64,000 nt of DNA from Octopus vulgaris. Taxonomy: Eukaryota. A program made the translations under genes and the position numbers. The stretch is from the NCBI GenBank assembly GCA_951406725.2, contig OX597824.1:23746001-23810000 (forward strand), written 5' to 3'. Within the stretch, counting starts at the first letter, position 1. Each line of letters opens with the position of its first letter. A model generated the notes under the pieces. It did no database searches, was not told where the DNA came from, and saw only the letters and a program-made list of their open reading frames with translations. Below, in pieces: positions 30,371-45,248 of this stretch.

Positions 30371-30971
30371 ACTCTATGGATTTGTAGCTAACCATGATTT
30401 TGTCAATTGCTTTAGTAGCTCCCTTCCCATTGGTTATCCCAAGTCAAGCCATGTTCACCCGACCAGTTTATGGTTATCTAGGACTACATCATCCAATGTC
30501 CCATTCTTGAAAGGTTAATCGATGTAGACGCTCCCTCCTATGGTTATTAGTATTGGTGGTGTTGTTATTGCTATTTAACCCCAGGTCAGCCCCAGTTAGG
30601 GAGACTTCGGATGAAAGGTGTTCCAGGCGTGATCATGGAGTACCTCCTGGTAGAATATCCGATATTTCTTACTATTTCTATCCTTCATATACATACGTAT
30701 ATGTTTCTACCTCCGTAGGAGTCATCAACACAGCAGTCACAGAAGTTACTCCTCTTCGTGTTTAACAGAACAAATACAATCATGGTATTCATTGTTTTTA
30801 ATTCTCGTTTCCAATTTTGTTTCAGTGTTCATTGTACTGATTTTCTGTTCACTGTTTGTTTCAGTGTTCACCATTCTAGACAGCCATTTGTTCACTGTTG
30901 TTCAACTTCTCTGTTCAGTGTTTAGTTTTTATGGTCACTGTTCTTGATTTATATTAATCCCCTCTTTGTTT

Positions 30972-31368
30972 CAGCTGGCAGAAACGTTAGTACACCGGAC
31001 GAAATGCGTTGCGGTATTTTTCGTCCGTCGTTACGTTGTGAGTTCGAATTCCGCCGAGGTCGACTTTGCCTTTCATCCTTTCGGGGTCGATAAATTAAGT
31101 ACCAGTTACGTACTGGGGTCGATGTAAGCGACTTAATACCCATGTCTGTCCTTGTTTGTCCCCTCTGTGTTTAGCCCCTTGTGGGTAATAAAGAAATAGG
31201 TATTTTGTGTATCTTTACGTTCTGAGTTCATATTCCGGCGAGGAGGTCGACTTTGATTTCATTCTATTGGGGTCAATAAATTAAGTACCACTTGCGTACT
31301 AGGGTAGTTCTAATCGACTGCCCCTCCTCCAAAATTTTAGAGCCTTGTGCCTAGAGTAGAAAAGATTA
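30972..31368 (+). mobile_element. SINE family B dimer
   Basis: Head plus body, then AAAGAAATAGGTATTT leads into a second, degenerate body with a different tail. Confidence 0.8.
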
Positions 31369-31469
31369 TACTATTGTCATATTGAGGCTCCGTCGTGAAT
31401 GGTCTAGTAAAACAAATCGACCGCAGTAACTATTAAAGTCAGGTTTTTATTCTATCGGTCACTTTTATA

Positions 31470-31557
<88 letters not shown>

Positions 31558-31750
31558 TATATCTTTGAAGACTCATATTTTCGTTGAATGCTCGAAATGA
31601 GGAGCAGATAGACAACTGACAACTGATGAAGGGTCCTTTCTCTTTGTTTATTTGTCCTGTTTTCCATTTTTTCTCTCGTTATTTACGTATTTAACTCCTT
31701 TGTCTACGTATTTCATGTTGTTTCCAGGTGACGTTCTGTACCCATATATG

Positions 31751-31810
<60 letters not shown>

Positions 31811-31923
31811 TGTATAGAGGGCATTATTACACATAAATGCCTCACACTGAGAGGGACAAAGTCATTACTACCAAAATTACACTAATCATACTTTATTAAG
31901 AAGTTATCCTTAATTGTTAAATT

Positions 31924-31956
<33 letters not shown>

Positions 31957-32948
31957 TTAAAAAAGGAGATGTGGAACACGAGTTGTGATATATAAAAAAG
32001 GAAATGAAGAATATATATATATATATATATATATTTCCGCCTAGAAAAATCTTGTAATTTGGTCAGCTCGGGAATGTAGTAGAAGACACTTGTCCAAGGT
32101 GCCAAGATGGTATTGAACCCGGCACTGTGTGCAGTTAGGAAGCAAACCTTTACACACAGCCTCGTCATCGTTTATATGTAACCATTTATTTTTTATTAAA
32201 GCTTCTCCTATTAAAAAAAAAAAAAATTAAAAACTCTGTTTGGTTTTTTTAATGTAATTAGTTAATGAAGCATATTTTGGACATCAATTTTGGTACGTTC
32301 TAGCAAAGTAATTAATCATCCTCACCTTAAATATTTAAGAAGGATTCAAGCGTTCCTTAACGAAGGTCGAAGGTCTTGAGTATCATTAACAAGGAGCCGA
32401 CTGAAGAAAAAACAAACGAATATGAGGCATTGCATTAGCGACGATACATGTAATCGATCAACAGATTCAATTAGGAGGATCAATAAAAATGAAAAAAAGA
32501 AAATAATAAAAGGTCAGAAGACAAAGAATGGTTCAGGATTAAAGATACAATGGAAAAGTCCACAGAACTGATACAGGTCATTTTTTAATCAGGATACAGG
32601 CCGTCACTTCCTGACTACAAAAAAAGGGTGAGAAATATTTCCATCAGGGAATTTGAAAGACTTCGAAAGGAAATGGAGCGTTTGGTAGGATTTGTGTCCT
32701 ACTTCGCACGCCGAAAAATAGACCCCATTTATTAAAAGAAAAAAATAATAACAATAAAATAAAAAAAAATTTTAAAAATACCCGGTTGTTGACAGGAAGA
32801 GATGCTGTACAAATAACAACAACAACAACAACAACAACAAAAACACCAACGACAATAATAATGATAATAATAATGGTTACTTTTATTAGCCACAAGGGCC
32901 CAAACATGGAGGACAATATCAAAGGACGAGATACAACACACGATAATC

Positions 32949-33012
<64 letters not shown>

Positions 33013-33065
33013 TGATGATGATGATGATGATAATAATAATAATAATGATGATGATGATGATGATG

Positions 33066-33111
<46 letters not shown>

Positions 33112-33122
33112 TTAAAATAATA

Positions 33123-33297
33123 GGCGCAGGAGAGGCTGTGTGCTAAGTAGCTTGCTTACCAATCACATGGTTCCGGGTTCAGTCCCGCTGCGTGGTACCT
33201 TGGTCAAGTGCCTTCTACTATAGCCTCGGACCGAGCAAAGCTTTGCGGGTGGATTTGGTATACGGAAACTGAAAGAAGCCCGTCGTATATATGTATA

Positions 33298-33333
<36 letters not shown>

Positions 33334-33530
33334 TGTTTGTTCCCCCAATATCGCTTGACAACTGATGCTGGTGTGTTTGCGTCCCCGTAACTTAGCGGTT
33401 CGGCAAAAGAGATCGATAGAATAAGTACTAGGCTTACAAAGAAGAAGCCCTGGGGTCGATTTGCTCGACTAAAGGCGGTGATCCAAGCATGGCCGCAGTC
33501 AAATGACTGAAACAAATAAAAGAATAAAAA
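33123..33530 (+). mobile_element. SINE family A, full length
   Basis: tRNA-like head GGCGCAGGAGAGGCTGTGTG...GGGTTCAGTCCC; internal (TG)n; tail CAAATGACTGAAACAAATAAAAGAATAAAA. Confidence 0.9.
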
Positions 33531-33533
33531 GTC

Positions 33534-33592
<59 letters not shown>

Positions 33593-33594
33593 GG

Positions 33595-33963
33595 AGACAC
33601 AAGGCTTTATATTTGTGGGGAGGTGGGTAGTCGATTACAAAAGGCACTTATTTTATCGACCCTGAAAGGATGAAAGGCAAAGTTGACCTCGGCGGAATTG
33701 GAACTCAGAACATAGCGGCAGACGAAATACCTATTTCTTTACTACCCACAAGGGACTAAACACAGAGGGGACAAACAAGGACAGACAAACGGATTAAGTC
33801 GATTACATCGACCCCAGTGCGTAAATGGTACTTAATTTATCGACCCCGAAAGGATGAAAGGCAAAGTCGACCTCGGCGGAATTTGAACTCAGAACTCAGC
33901 GGGAGACGAAATACCGCTTAGAATTTCGTCTGGCTTACTAACGATTCTGCCAGCTTCCTACCT
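33595..33963 (-). mobile_element. SINE family B dimer
   Basis: Two AAAGGATGAAAGGCAAAGT units joined at GACGAAATACCTATTTC. Confidence 0.85.
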
Positions 33964-33984
33964 TAATAATAATAATAATAATAA

Positions 33985-34015
<31 letters not shown>

Positions 34016-34049
34016 AAGAAGAAGAAGAAGAAGAAGAAGAAGAAGAAGA

Positions 34050-34784
<735 letters not shown>

Positions 34785-35409
34785 AACAATAATTTTGATG
34801 ATGAAGAAAGAAAAGACAAAAGAAATTTCATTTCTTTCAAAACGCTTTTCTTTTTTGAATGAACCATAACTTTCAAGGTTTATCTGCAAATGGCCATCGC
34901 AGATGATTGGAAGTTCAAAAAAAAATAAATAAAAAACTTACGGAGGATTAAACAAAAAAAAAATGCAAAAATTCCTTGTCGTATCTCCAACTGCTACTGT
35001 TGCTCCTGCCGCTGTTGTTGTTGTTGTTATTGTTGTTGTTGTTGTTGATTAGTTTTGTGTCAGCCTTGATCGAGTAGAGCCAAGATCAGAGGTATATTGG
35101 CCGTGACTTCTGTTCAGGAACGATGACAGAAGTATCCTATATTTAATGAAAAATCATCTATCCTCATTTATCACGGATGTTTGGTTAATTTCCAAAACAA
35201 ATAAACAGGAAAAAAAAATTCGCGTTAAATATCTCAGTGCTAAATGAATAATAGAACCTGTAGGAGTCAAAAGGTTTCGTTCCGAGACCTCTAGGTGTCC
35301 CTTATACACAAATAACACCACAAAATAGCTTTAAGACACGCATAATGATATTATTTCATGTTTGGAATAATATTTGGAGCAAAATTTTATAACATATGAT
35401 CAGTATGCT

Positions 35410-35805
35410 CAGGAGTGGCTGTGTGGTAAGTAGCTTGCTAACCAACCACATGGTTCCGGGTTCAGTCCCACTGCGTGGCATCTTGGGCAAGTGTCTTCTG
35501 CTATAGCCCCGGGCCGACCAATGCCTTCTTGTGAGTGGATTTGGTAGACGGAAACTGAAAGAAGCCTGTCGTATATATGTATACATGTGTGTGTGTGTTT
35601 GTCCCTCTAGCATTGCTTGACAACCAATGCTGGTGTGTTTACGTCCCCGTCACATAGCGGTTCGGCAAAAAGAGACCGATAGAATAAGTACTGGGCTTAC
35701 AAAGAATAAGTCCCGGGGGTCGATTTGCTCGACTTAAAGGCGGTGCTCCAGCATGACCGCAGTCAAACGACTGAAACAAGTAAAAGATAAAAAGATAAAG
35801 ATAAA
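35410..35805 (+). mobile_element. SINE family A, full length
   Basis: As for the 33123 copy. Confidence 0.9.
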
Positions 35806-36105
35806 AAAGTGAATAACAAATACACTCGTCAACGTCGTTTTTTGTTTTTGTTTTTGTTTTTTTTTTAATCTGGCGTTTTCGTACATTTTCTCATCACATA
35901 TTGATGGGTGCGAGTCCGTAAATCCGTTGATTTCTGATACGGTGATACAAACACGAGTGATAATCAGTGCATTCTGGGTAACTGATTATTGTAGATTGTT
36001 GTGGGTGTGGGAGGCTTTTGGGGGAACCGAGCAGAAGCTTTCACTGATCGCCGACCCGTGTTATCACAGTGCAGTCCGTGATAAGCAAAACATAGTTCAC
36101 AATAA

Positions 36106-36520
36106 TTATTTCTTTATTTCCCACAGGGGGCTAAACATAGGGAGGGTAAACAAGGACAGACAAAGGGATTAAGTTGATTACATCGACCCCAGTGCATAAC
36201 TGGTCCTTAATTTATCGGCCCCAAAAGGATGAAAGGCAAAGTCGACCACGGCGGAATTTGAACTCAGAACGTGACGGCAGGCGAAATACCTATTTATTTA
36301 CTACCCACAAGGGGCTAAAAACAGAGGGGACGAACAAGGACAGACAAACGTATTAAGTCGATTATATCGACCCCAGTGTTTAACTGTTACTTATTTAATC
36401 GACCCCAAAAGGATGAAAGGCAAAGTCGACTTCTGCGGAATTTGAACTCAGAACATTGCGGCAGACGAAATACCGCTAGGCATTTCGCCCGGCGTGCTAA
36501 CGATTCTGCCAGCTCGTAGC
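36106..36520 (-). mobile_element. SINE family B dimer
   Basis: Two bodies and one head; degenerate flanking repeat GTTCACAATAAT / GTTTACAGTAAT. Confidence 0.85.
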
Positions 36521-36890
36521 CCTGTTTACAGTAATGCGTGTCCTATTATCTCGGACCACTGATGAATGAATCTGTGATAGGGCAAATAACAACAAGCTAG
36601 CCGACACAAAAAATCTCTAGCGAGACTTCTTTATTAATGTGCCTGAAGAGACCCAGACTGATGGGTCAATACATAAGTTGTACCTAAAAAAGGTTTAACA
36701 CGAAATCCATCTCCTATTAATTACTACTTTTACCTTAACTTCTACTGCGAAGTTCCTGAAGTAAAACCAACGGAAGTGTACCACAACTACAGATGAGAAC
36801 AGGTAGTTTAGACTCTGCCGGTGCTCTACTCAACATTTAAATACACTAATCTGGTTATACGTATTGTCTAAATTTTCTATTATTATTATT

Positions 36891-37241
36891 CTATGTTTGA
36901 CTTTAGCTTTTATTTGTACAAGTTGACTCCAAGTCTCACCCAGAGACCTCAAGAGACAACAGGTTGGAAGTTCATGTTGTTGTTATGCCTAGTGTGCCAT
37001 ATATTTGGTTTTGTATTTAGTGTTGTACTAGTGAATGTCTAAAAAAAAAAACGAAAATTATGTTTGTTTTAAAACTTGAGATTACATAGAAAGTATTTTG
37101 CGTAGGATATGAGCAGTTCCCATGAGCACTGTCTTTTGAATTTCTGCCATTTTGGGGTTTCCTGGTATCTGAGTTAGATAGCGATCAGCCCCTTTTGCTA
37201 TCATTCCCAGGGCACCTATGACAACAGGTATTGTTTTAGTC
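36891..37241 (-). mobile_element. Dong-like family 2, 3' end
   Basis: The minus strand gives KTIPVVIGALGMIAKGADRYLTQIPGNPKMAEIQKTVLMGTAHILRKILSM*. Flanked by (TAA)n on both sides. Confidence 0.85.
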
Positions 37242-37278
<37 letters not shown>

Positions 37279-37984
37279 GAGTGAGAGAGCAGTGCATGCC
37301 ATCAAAGTGACACTGGGATAAAATATACGAAGCCTCTAATTGACTGGCCCCCTACCCCAAAATTTCCAGCCTTGTGCCTAGAGTAGAAAAGAATTCTCCT
37401 ACTTATTTTTGTCGAATCTATCCAAATGTCTCTCTAAGATGAAGAAACAGACAATTTTGTTTAGATTTAGCCTGAACTGTATTTAAGATGTACGTCAAGT
37501 CATTGGGTCAAACGCAAAGTTTAAAGTATATTAAGGCCATTGAATATTTATTTGTGGCAATTCATGAAGAAAGGTGCAAATTAGAGTCAGTTTTATTGAA
37601 TATCGTTTCCGGCATTATGGCAAAAAGAATTTATAAGTTGCAAGACAAATGATAGTTGTTGGTTCCAGGCGTTAGTATAATTTAGCACTTTCTAAACTCT
37701 GTTCTTTTATAAATCAAGAAGCTGTAACTGATTCAATTTCCATATAAAACAGAAAACGTTTTACGAAGAATGAAGAATTTTTACAAGTATTCTATCCTTT
37801 ATTTACTTACTTACCGTATTTGATGGCGTAAATGATGCACGTGCATATTAAATGTACCCCCACACCAATTTCAGCAGCGTGTATTCAGGAAAAAAATGTT
37901 TTAGTGCATTAAAGCCGGTAATATTTAAAGTAATCTAGCAGTACAAAACAAAAGTACATCAACCATAGCAAATAACGTTATTGG

Positions 37985-38945
37985 TGAGATGGTAGACTCG
38001 TAAGAACGCCGGACGAAATGCTTAGCGGAATTTTGTCTGTCTTCGTGTTCTGAGTTCAAATTCCGCCGAGGTCGACTGCCTTTCATCTATTCGGGGTCGA
38101 TTAAATAAGTAGCAGTTACGCACTGGGCTCGATATAATCGACTTGATCCTTTGTCTGTCCTTGTTTGTCCTCTCTGTCTTTAGCCTCTTGTGAGTAGTAA
38201 ATAAATGTGGAGGCGCAATGGCCCAGTGGTTAGGGCAGCGGACTCGCGGTCGTAGGATCGCGGTTTCGATTCCCAGACCGGGCATTGTGAGTGTTTATTG
38301 AGCGAAAACACCTAAAGCTTCGCGAGGCTCCGGCAGGGATGGTGGTGAACCCTGCTGTACTCTTTCACTACAACTTTCTCTCACTCTTTCTTCCTGTTTC
38401 TGTTGTACTTGTATTTCAAAGGGCCAGCCTTGTCACTCTCTGTGTCACGCTGAATATCCCCGAGAACTACGTTAAGGGTACAAGTGTCTGTGGAGGGCTC
38501 GGCCACTTGCACGTTAATTCCACGGGCAAGCTGTTCCGTTGATCGTATCAGCTGGGACCCTCATCGTCGTAACCGACGGAGTGCTCCTACTAAAAAAAAA
38601 AGTAAATAAATAGGTATTTTGTCTGACGTTACGTTGAGTTCAAATTCCACCGAGGTCGACTTTGCTTTCATCCTTTTGGGGGTCGATAAATTAAATACCA
38701 GTTACGCACTGGGGTCGATGTAAACGACTTAATCCCTTTGTCCTTGTTTATCCCCTCTATGTTTAACCCCCTGTCGGCAATAAAGAAATAAGAATCGTTA
38801 GAACGCCGGCCAAACTACACAGCACTATTTCATCAGTCTGTATGTTTTGAGTTCTAAATCCGCCGAGGTCGACTTTGCTTTTCATCCTTTCGGGGTCCAA
38901 AAAAATAAGTACTAGTTGAGCACTGGGGCCGATCTAATCGACTGA
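37985..38945 (+). mobile_element. SINE family B multimer interrupted by SINE C
   Basis: Repeated CCGAGGTCGAC...TTTCATC units near 38065, 38650 and 38865; a further partial copy at 38970-39100. Confidence 0.8.
38207..38600 (+). mobile_element. SINE family C, full length with 11-bp TSD
   Basis: TSD AGTAAATAAAT at 38196-38206 and 38601-38611. Confidence 0.9.
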
Positions 38946-39426
38946 AACCGATATCTAAAGCAATCTATAAAGCGGCGAGCGGACAGAATCGTTAGAACGC
39001 CGAGCACAATGCTTCACGGCATTTTGTATGTCTGTACGTTCTGAGTTCAAATCCCAGCGAGTTCTACTTTGCCTTTCATTCAGCCGGGATCGATGAAACA
39101 TGTATACTGGAAGAAGGGCTGGTCCCTATACATGTTTCACACAGGCCCCACGGTGTACGGACACTCCATGATGTCAAGTGAAGCAGTCCTTGAACTCAAA
39201 AGTTGATTAGACCCTCTATCTTAAGGGTGAACTCGGAAGAGCAACAGAGTAAACTGTAAATAAATGGCAGAGGCGTGGGTACGTGGTAAGACGTTTGATT
39301 CTCAACCATATAATTCCGGGTTCAGTCCCACTGCATGACAGCATCGGAAAGTGCCTTCTATTATAGATTCTAGCCGACCAAATTCTTGCGAGTAGATCTG
39401 GTAGACAGAAACTGGAAGAAGCCTAT

Positions 39427-39499
<73 letters not shown>

Positions 39500-39510
39500 T
39501 TATTTATTTT

Positions 39511-39591
39511 ATAGAAGGAGCTTCTACAGAACTAGAACTGTTTCATTGAGTACCTTATTTACTGTGGCTAACCCCGACTCAACCCGGGACC

Positions 39592-39595
<4 letters not shown>
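39511..39595 (+). mobile_element. Deleted copy of the 1320-1520 palindromic HHR element
   Basis: ATAGAAGGAGCTTCTACAGAACTAGAACTGTTTCATT is joined directly to GAGTACCTTATTTACTGTGG...CCCGGGACCTAC. Confidence 0.9.
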
Positions 39596-39647
<52 letters not shown>

Positions 39648-39814
39648 AAAAATAGGATAAAATCTTTAAGAATTTATCAAGCGTGAAAAACCTCATAAGA
39701 GAAAAAATTCACCAATTTTTTCACTTAAATATATTTATTTATATTATATAGAGGGCATTACTATACATAAATGCCACACGCTAGGAGCGACTCTTAAAGT
39801 CAAAACTACCAAAG

Positions 39815-39868
<54 letters not shown>

Positions 39869-40429
39869 CATACATACATATACATGTGTATGTGTGTGTT
39901 TGCGAAACAAGTCAATCATATAGAGAGAGAATATAAAAAGAAAAGAAAATAGGAAAAAAAGAACAAAAGATAATGAAAAAAGATATTAGATAATAAATGA
40001 ATAAAATATAAAATTTCTCGGTTCTAAAGGAAATGGACTCGTTGCAAAAACATAAAGTATGAAATACTTGATAATGTAAATAGACTTGCACATGTGAAAA
40101 GAACGAAATCAGGGCGATGATAATATTTCTCTTCGGCAAGGTTGACCTCGTAAAACAATGAAGCCAGCACTAATAAACTTGAACTATTAACATAGAAAAC
40201 TTAGCAAACTGTATACATGGTGTGACAATAAGTGGAATCTGGTTAAGTGGAAAGGTTCTTATTCTTGAGGATTACTGTGGGAACCAAAAGGAATATATAT
40301 GTCTGAGTAGAGAGCGAAAAAAAGGTTAAGTAAAATTAGTAAGAAGGCCAGACAGGGTTAACGGTTAAGCGAAGGTGAACGTCGACATAACATAATGGAT
40401 CATGAGTGATTTCGTTATACATAGTTTTA

Positions 40430-40496
<67 letters not shown>

Positions 40497-40674
40497 ATAT
40501 GTATTTATATATATATATATACACACATACAGATGTGTGCATGTGTGTATATATATATATGTGCTGTATATTGTATATACATGTATGTGTAAATATGTAT
40601 ATATATATATTGTATGTTTATATATATATGTAGGTATATATACAATATATATGAATATATGTATGTGTACACAC

Positions 40675-40750
<76 letters not shown>

Positions 40751-40894
40751 TTTCTATATTTTGTTTTTCATCAGGTTTCAGCTCACGAGCTGTCGCCATG
40801 CTGGGGCACCGCCATTTAAATATATATGTATGTATGTGTGTGTATATATATATACATACAAACACACGCAAATATATATGTATATGCAAATACA

Positions 40895-40972
<78 letters not shown>

Positions 40973-41252
40973 TGTATGTATATGTAGATAGATAAATAGA
41001 TAAAATATTACAATAACATGCTCATGGACGATAATCCTAGAAAATGTCGAGGAAAGGGAGTAAATAATAATGGTTAAGAACATATAAAATATGCATCACT
41101 AAATTGTATGAGATAATTTAGTTTATAAATATATTTACTATAAAAGGAAAAAGCTAATTTAGTTTCTAACGTAATAAAATAAAAACAATGGAAATAACCA
41201 TAAGATTATACGCCTGATAAACAATTGAAAGCGTACAGAGAAAACAAGAATA

Positions 41253-41307
<55 letters not shown>

Positions 41308-41356
41308 AAATGAAAAGAAGAAGACAGAGAAAATTCTTTAACACATCTCTAATTAT

Positions 41357-41472
41357 AACTTACAATTGTTTCCGTACTATCTCTATACGCAACGACAGTG
41401 TACGCAAGAATTCTAAATGAAAAGTTACGTAATTTGCGGTTTCAGACGTTAGAGTGTCACTTCATCAGACTT
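41357..41472 (-). ncRNA. Candidate hammerhead ribozyme (two alternative folds)
   Basis: Minus strand: AAGT CTGATGA...GAAA CCGCAAATTACG TA ACTT (short fold), or ...GTACG GAAA CAATTG TA AGTT (long stem II, one stem I mismatch). Confidence 0.5.
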
Positions 41473-42511
41473 GCATGGAAGGTGTGTTGTTACGAGAAAG
41501 AAAGAGAGGTGACAGAGGAATGAATGATTATCTTAGAAGCTTCATAACTTTGCAGCTGTTTCTGCTTTGAGACAGATATAGTGGACACGTAGTTGAGAGC
41601 ATGAATAACACCTCATACCTTCAGCGGAGTCTCGAATGCGAAGTGTAATTTATTTGCGAAAGAATTGCATTTGTGTCCATATAAGGAAAGGCATTAACAC
41701 CTATATATATGTGTGTGTATATGTGCGTGTGCCCATGTGTGTGTGTGTATATATATATACACATACATATACATTCATATATACACATATATATATATTC
41801 CTCCCCCCTTCCCGTCGTTCATCGACGACGTGACTTCCGCCTTCCCGTCGTTCACCCGCGACGTCACTTCCGCTGCTGTCTCTCTGGCCTGGCTCTTTCA
41901 AGGTAATGGACGACATTCTTTTTGCTCCGCTCGTCGTTCATAAAAAATTCTGCGTTCGCTATACTTTTTTTCGTTCGGCGTTAACAGCTCTTCTTATCTT
42001 GTTTTTCCTTGTCCTGTTTTTTACTGTTCATAATTTGTACTGTCGTTACTGTCCTGTTTTTGTTACCATTTTTTACCCCTCTGCGAAAAGATCTCAGAAT
42101 TTTAATTGATTTGCTTTTCGCAGGAAGGAAAGTTTCTTGTCGAAGATACGTCTCGCTTTTATCCTTCAAAACGTAGAGTAGATGAAATCTTTAGCGACTG
42201 AAGAGAGGGTTTTTTCTTTGTGTTAATTGTCCTGTACTCTTTTTTTTTTACTGTTTTTAAAAAAATGTCCAGTTCCTTTGGTTTGTGTCTATGTTTTCGT
42301 TTCTCATTGTGTTCGACGTCCTTTTGGTGTCCTGTACTCATATATGCGTGTATATGTACATGTAGAGGTAGGTACGTACATATATGTTTATATATATGCA
42401 TATGTTTTATTTTATTTATTAATATATATACATATATATATATATACATACATACATACCTATTTACACACACATATATATATATACATACCTACACACA
42501 CACGCACGCAT

Positions 42512-42554
<43 letters not shown>

Positions 42555-43107
42555 CATACGCATGCATATGTATATATGCATTCATATATACATGCTTCCT
42601 TGAATACACGACTATATTCAAGATTTCTGTATATCGTATTATTCGTATTTTCTTAATAGCTTTCCACGGGTGGGTTTGTAGTAGATAATGGCGTTTCCCG
42701 ACCTTAATAATCTCATTAACGAGAACTGAATTTGAACTGAATATTTAGCCTTTCTGTATATACTTCTTATATACTGACTTAATTCATATTAACTCTGGGG
42801 CCCAATGGGATTTTGGCCGTTTGTATTAGGCAGTAGCCTTCACGTTCTGATTTGTTTGTCGCAGCGAAATTTTTGACAGTTTTGGGGTGAGATTGGTGGG
42901 TGGAGGCATTTTTGCACTCTCCTGCTTCCAAAAACCATTTTCTCTATCATAATTTACTTCCGCTCAGCTATTTTTCAACCATGTAACGGCATACGTACTT
43001 TACTCGGACTCTCTTTTATCTCCTCTCTGGACTCTTACCTCTTTCTACTTTAGATTAAATAAGCACCAGTTACGCACTGTAATCGACATAATCCCTTCCA
43101 CCAAATT

Positions 43108-43207
43108 NNNNNNNNNNNNNNNNNNNNNNNNNNNNNNNNNNNNNNNNNNNNNNNNNNNNNNNNNNNNNNNNNNNNNNNNNNNNNNNNNNNNNNNNNNNNN
43201 NNNNNNN
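43108..43207. other. Assembly gap (100 N)
   Basis: Run of n. The fixed size suggests a scaffolding join of unknown true length. Confidence 1.
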
Positions 43208-43217
43208 GCACGCAAAC

Positions 43218-43268
<51 letters not shown>

Positions 43269-43377
43269 CAGACTGACTGATAGACAGACAAACAGACAGT
43301 TAGACAGACATACACACAGACAGACAGATAGATAAACAGATAGATAGACAGACAAATAGGCAGTTAGACAGAGAGAC

Positions 43378-43452
<75 letters not shown>

Positions 43453-43720
43453 CGCCAGATTAACCGAGTGAAGGCTTTTAGTGAGTGCTTATTAATAACA
43501 GAGACGCTCACTCGCAGGCTGTCGGAGTATATATAAGTAAATATGGGGTCAATAAGAATGGATTATAGTCAGATGAAATGTGGGACGATAAGAAGAGATT
43601 AAAGTAAAAGCAACATGCAGAGATGAAACAGTAAGGAGGCATATTACGCATGCGTATGGGCAGCCACACAAATATATTTGTAGGTGTGCGTTTTTGTGAG
43701 TGCACGTGTAGTGTGCGTGA

Positions 43721-43811
<91 letters not shown>

Positions 43812-43952
43812 TATAGATACATATATATATATAATATATATAATAATTTATATATATACGTATATATATATATACATATATAGATATACATATATATACA
43901 TATTTTTATATATATATATATATATACACATACACATATATATAAATACATG

Positions 43953-44003
<51 letters not shown>

Positions 44004-44031
44004 GATATGTATACATATGTATATAGATATG

Positions 44032-44094
<63 letters not shown>

Positions 44095-44248
44095 CTGTAC
44101 ATACATATATGCTTGTATGTATGTATATGTACATAGGGACATGTACATACGAATACACACATATATACACATGGTGACGTATGTCTATGTACGCATATAT
44201 CTATGCAGGAATGCATATCTATATATTTATGACCGTATCTATGTTTAC

Positions 44249-44282
<34 letters not shown>

Positions 44283-44401
44283 TACACGCCGCGAATATAT
44301 GTATGCATGTACTTATGTGTACGTATGTATACAACTCGATTTATGCTTATTCACATTTACATATGTTGATATATAACTCTCCATTATATCAATCGATCTG
44401 T

Positions 44402-44553
<152 letters not shown>

Positions 44554-45034
44554 CCCTCTGTGTGTGCGCGCCTTTTCATGACTGTGTTAATATGTCTGGT
44601 ACGTGATGCACATGTATGCAGACCACACATATATTTGTTTTTTCACAAATCAATCACATGCCAATAGTTTAAGTAGATTGGACATGTTTCTCTGTTTCCT
44701 TTCTTTTTATGTTGAATCTCTCAGCAAAGCGAAGTAATAGCTTGTCCGACATGTAACACTATGTATGTATGCATATATGTATGCATGTATATATGCATGT
44801 ATGTATGTATGTATGTATGTATTCGTACATGTGGCCTATGTGTCTATTTATCTATCTATCTATCTATCTATACAGACAGACAGACACACGGACACACGTA
44901 TGTTTGCGTGTCTGTGGTGCTTCTATATCTGTGTGCATGTATGTATGTATTGCCATTTATGTATATTCATCTATACACATTCATACAAAGAGATATAATA
45001 TGTATGTGTGTGCATATAAGAGTGTACAAAAATG

Positions 45035-45232
45035 TATACACAGTGAGAAGAGCTTTGACAGGAATTCCTACATGCTAAAAAGTGCAGTTAAACCCATACC
45101 ACGAAATAATTTCTAAAGGCACGTCGATAATGGCGTATTATTTTTTTCGTGGTTTAGGTTTGACTGCACTTTTTAGCATGTAAGAAATCCTATGAAAGGT
45201 TTTCTATCAGTGTATAAATCTTTATACACTCC
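45035..45232. repeat. Inverted pair of 3' ends of the 1860-2168 element family
   Basis: CATGCTAAAAAGTGCAGT / ACTGCACTTTTTAGCATG arms; both align with 2048-2165. Confidence 0.8.
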
Positions 45233-45248
45233 TATATATAAAAAAAAA

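Noticed and set aside
37812-37900. TACCGTATT start resembling a pogo/Tc2 TIR
   Set aside because: No matching opposite terminus was found.
40025-40230. Copia-like peptide KEMDSLQKHKV* and a nearby WCDN
   Set aside because: Too short and discontinuous to call without a profile search.
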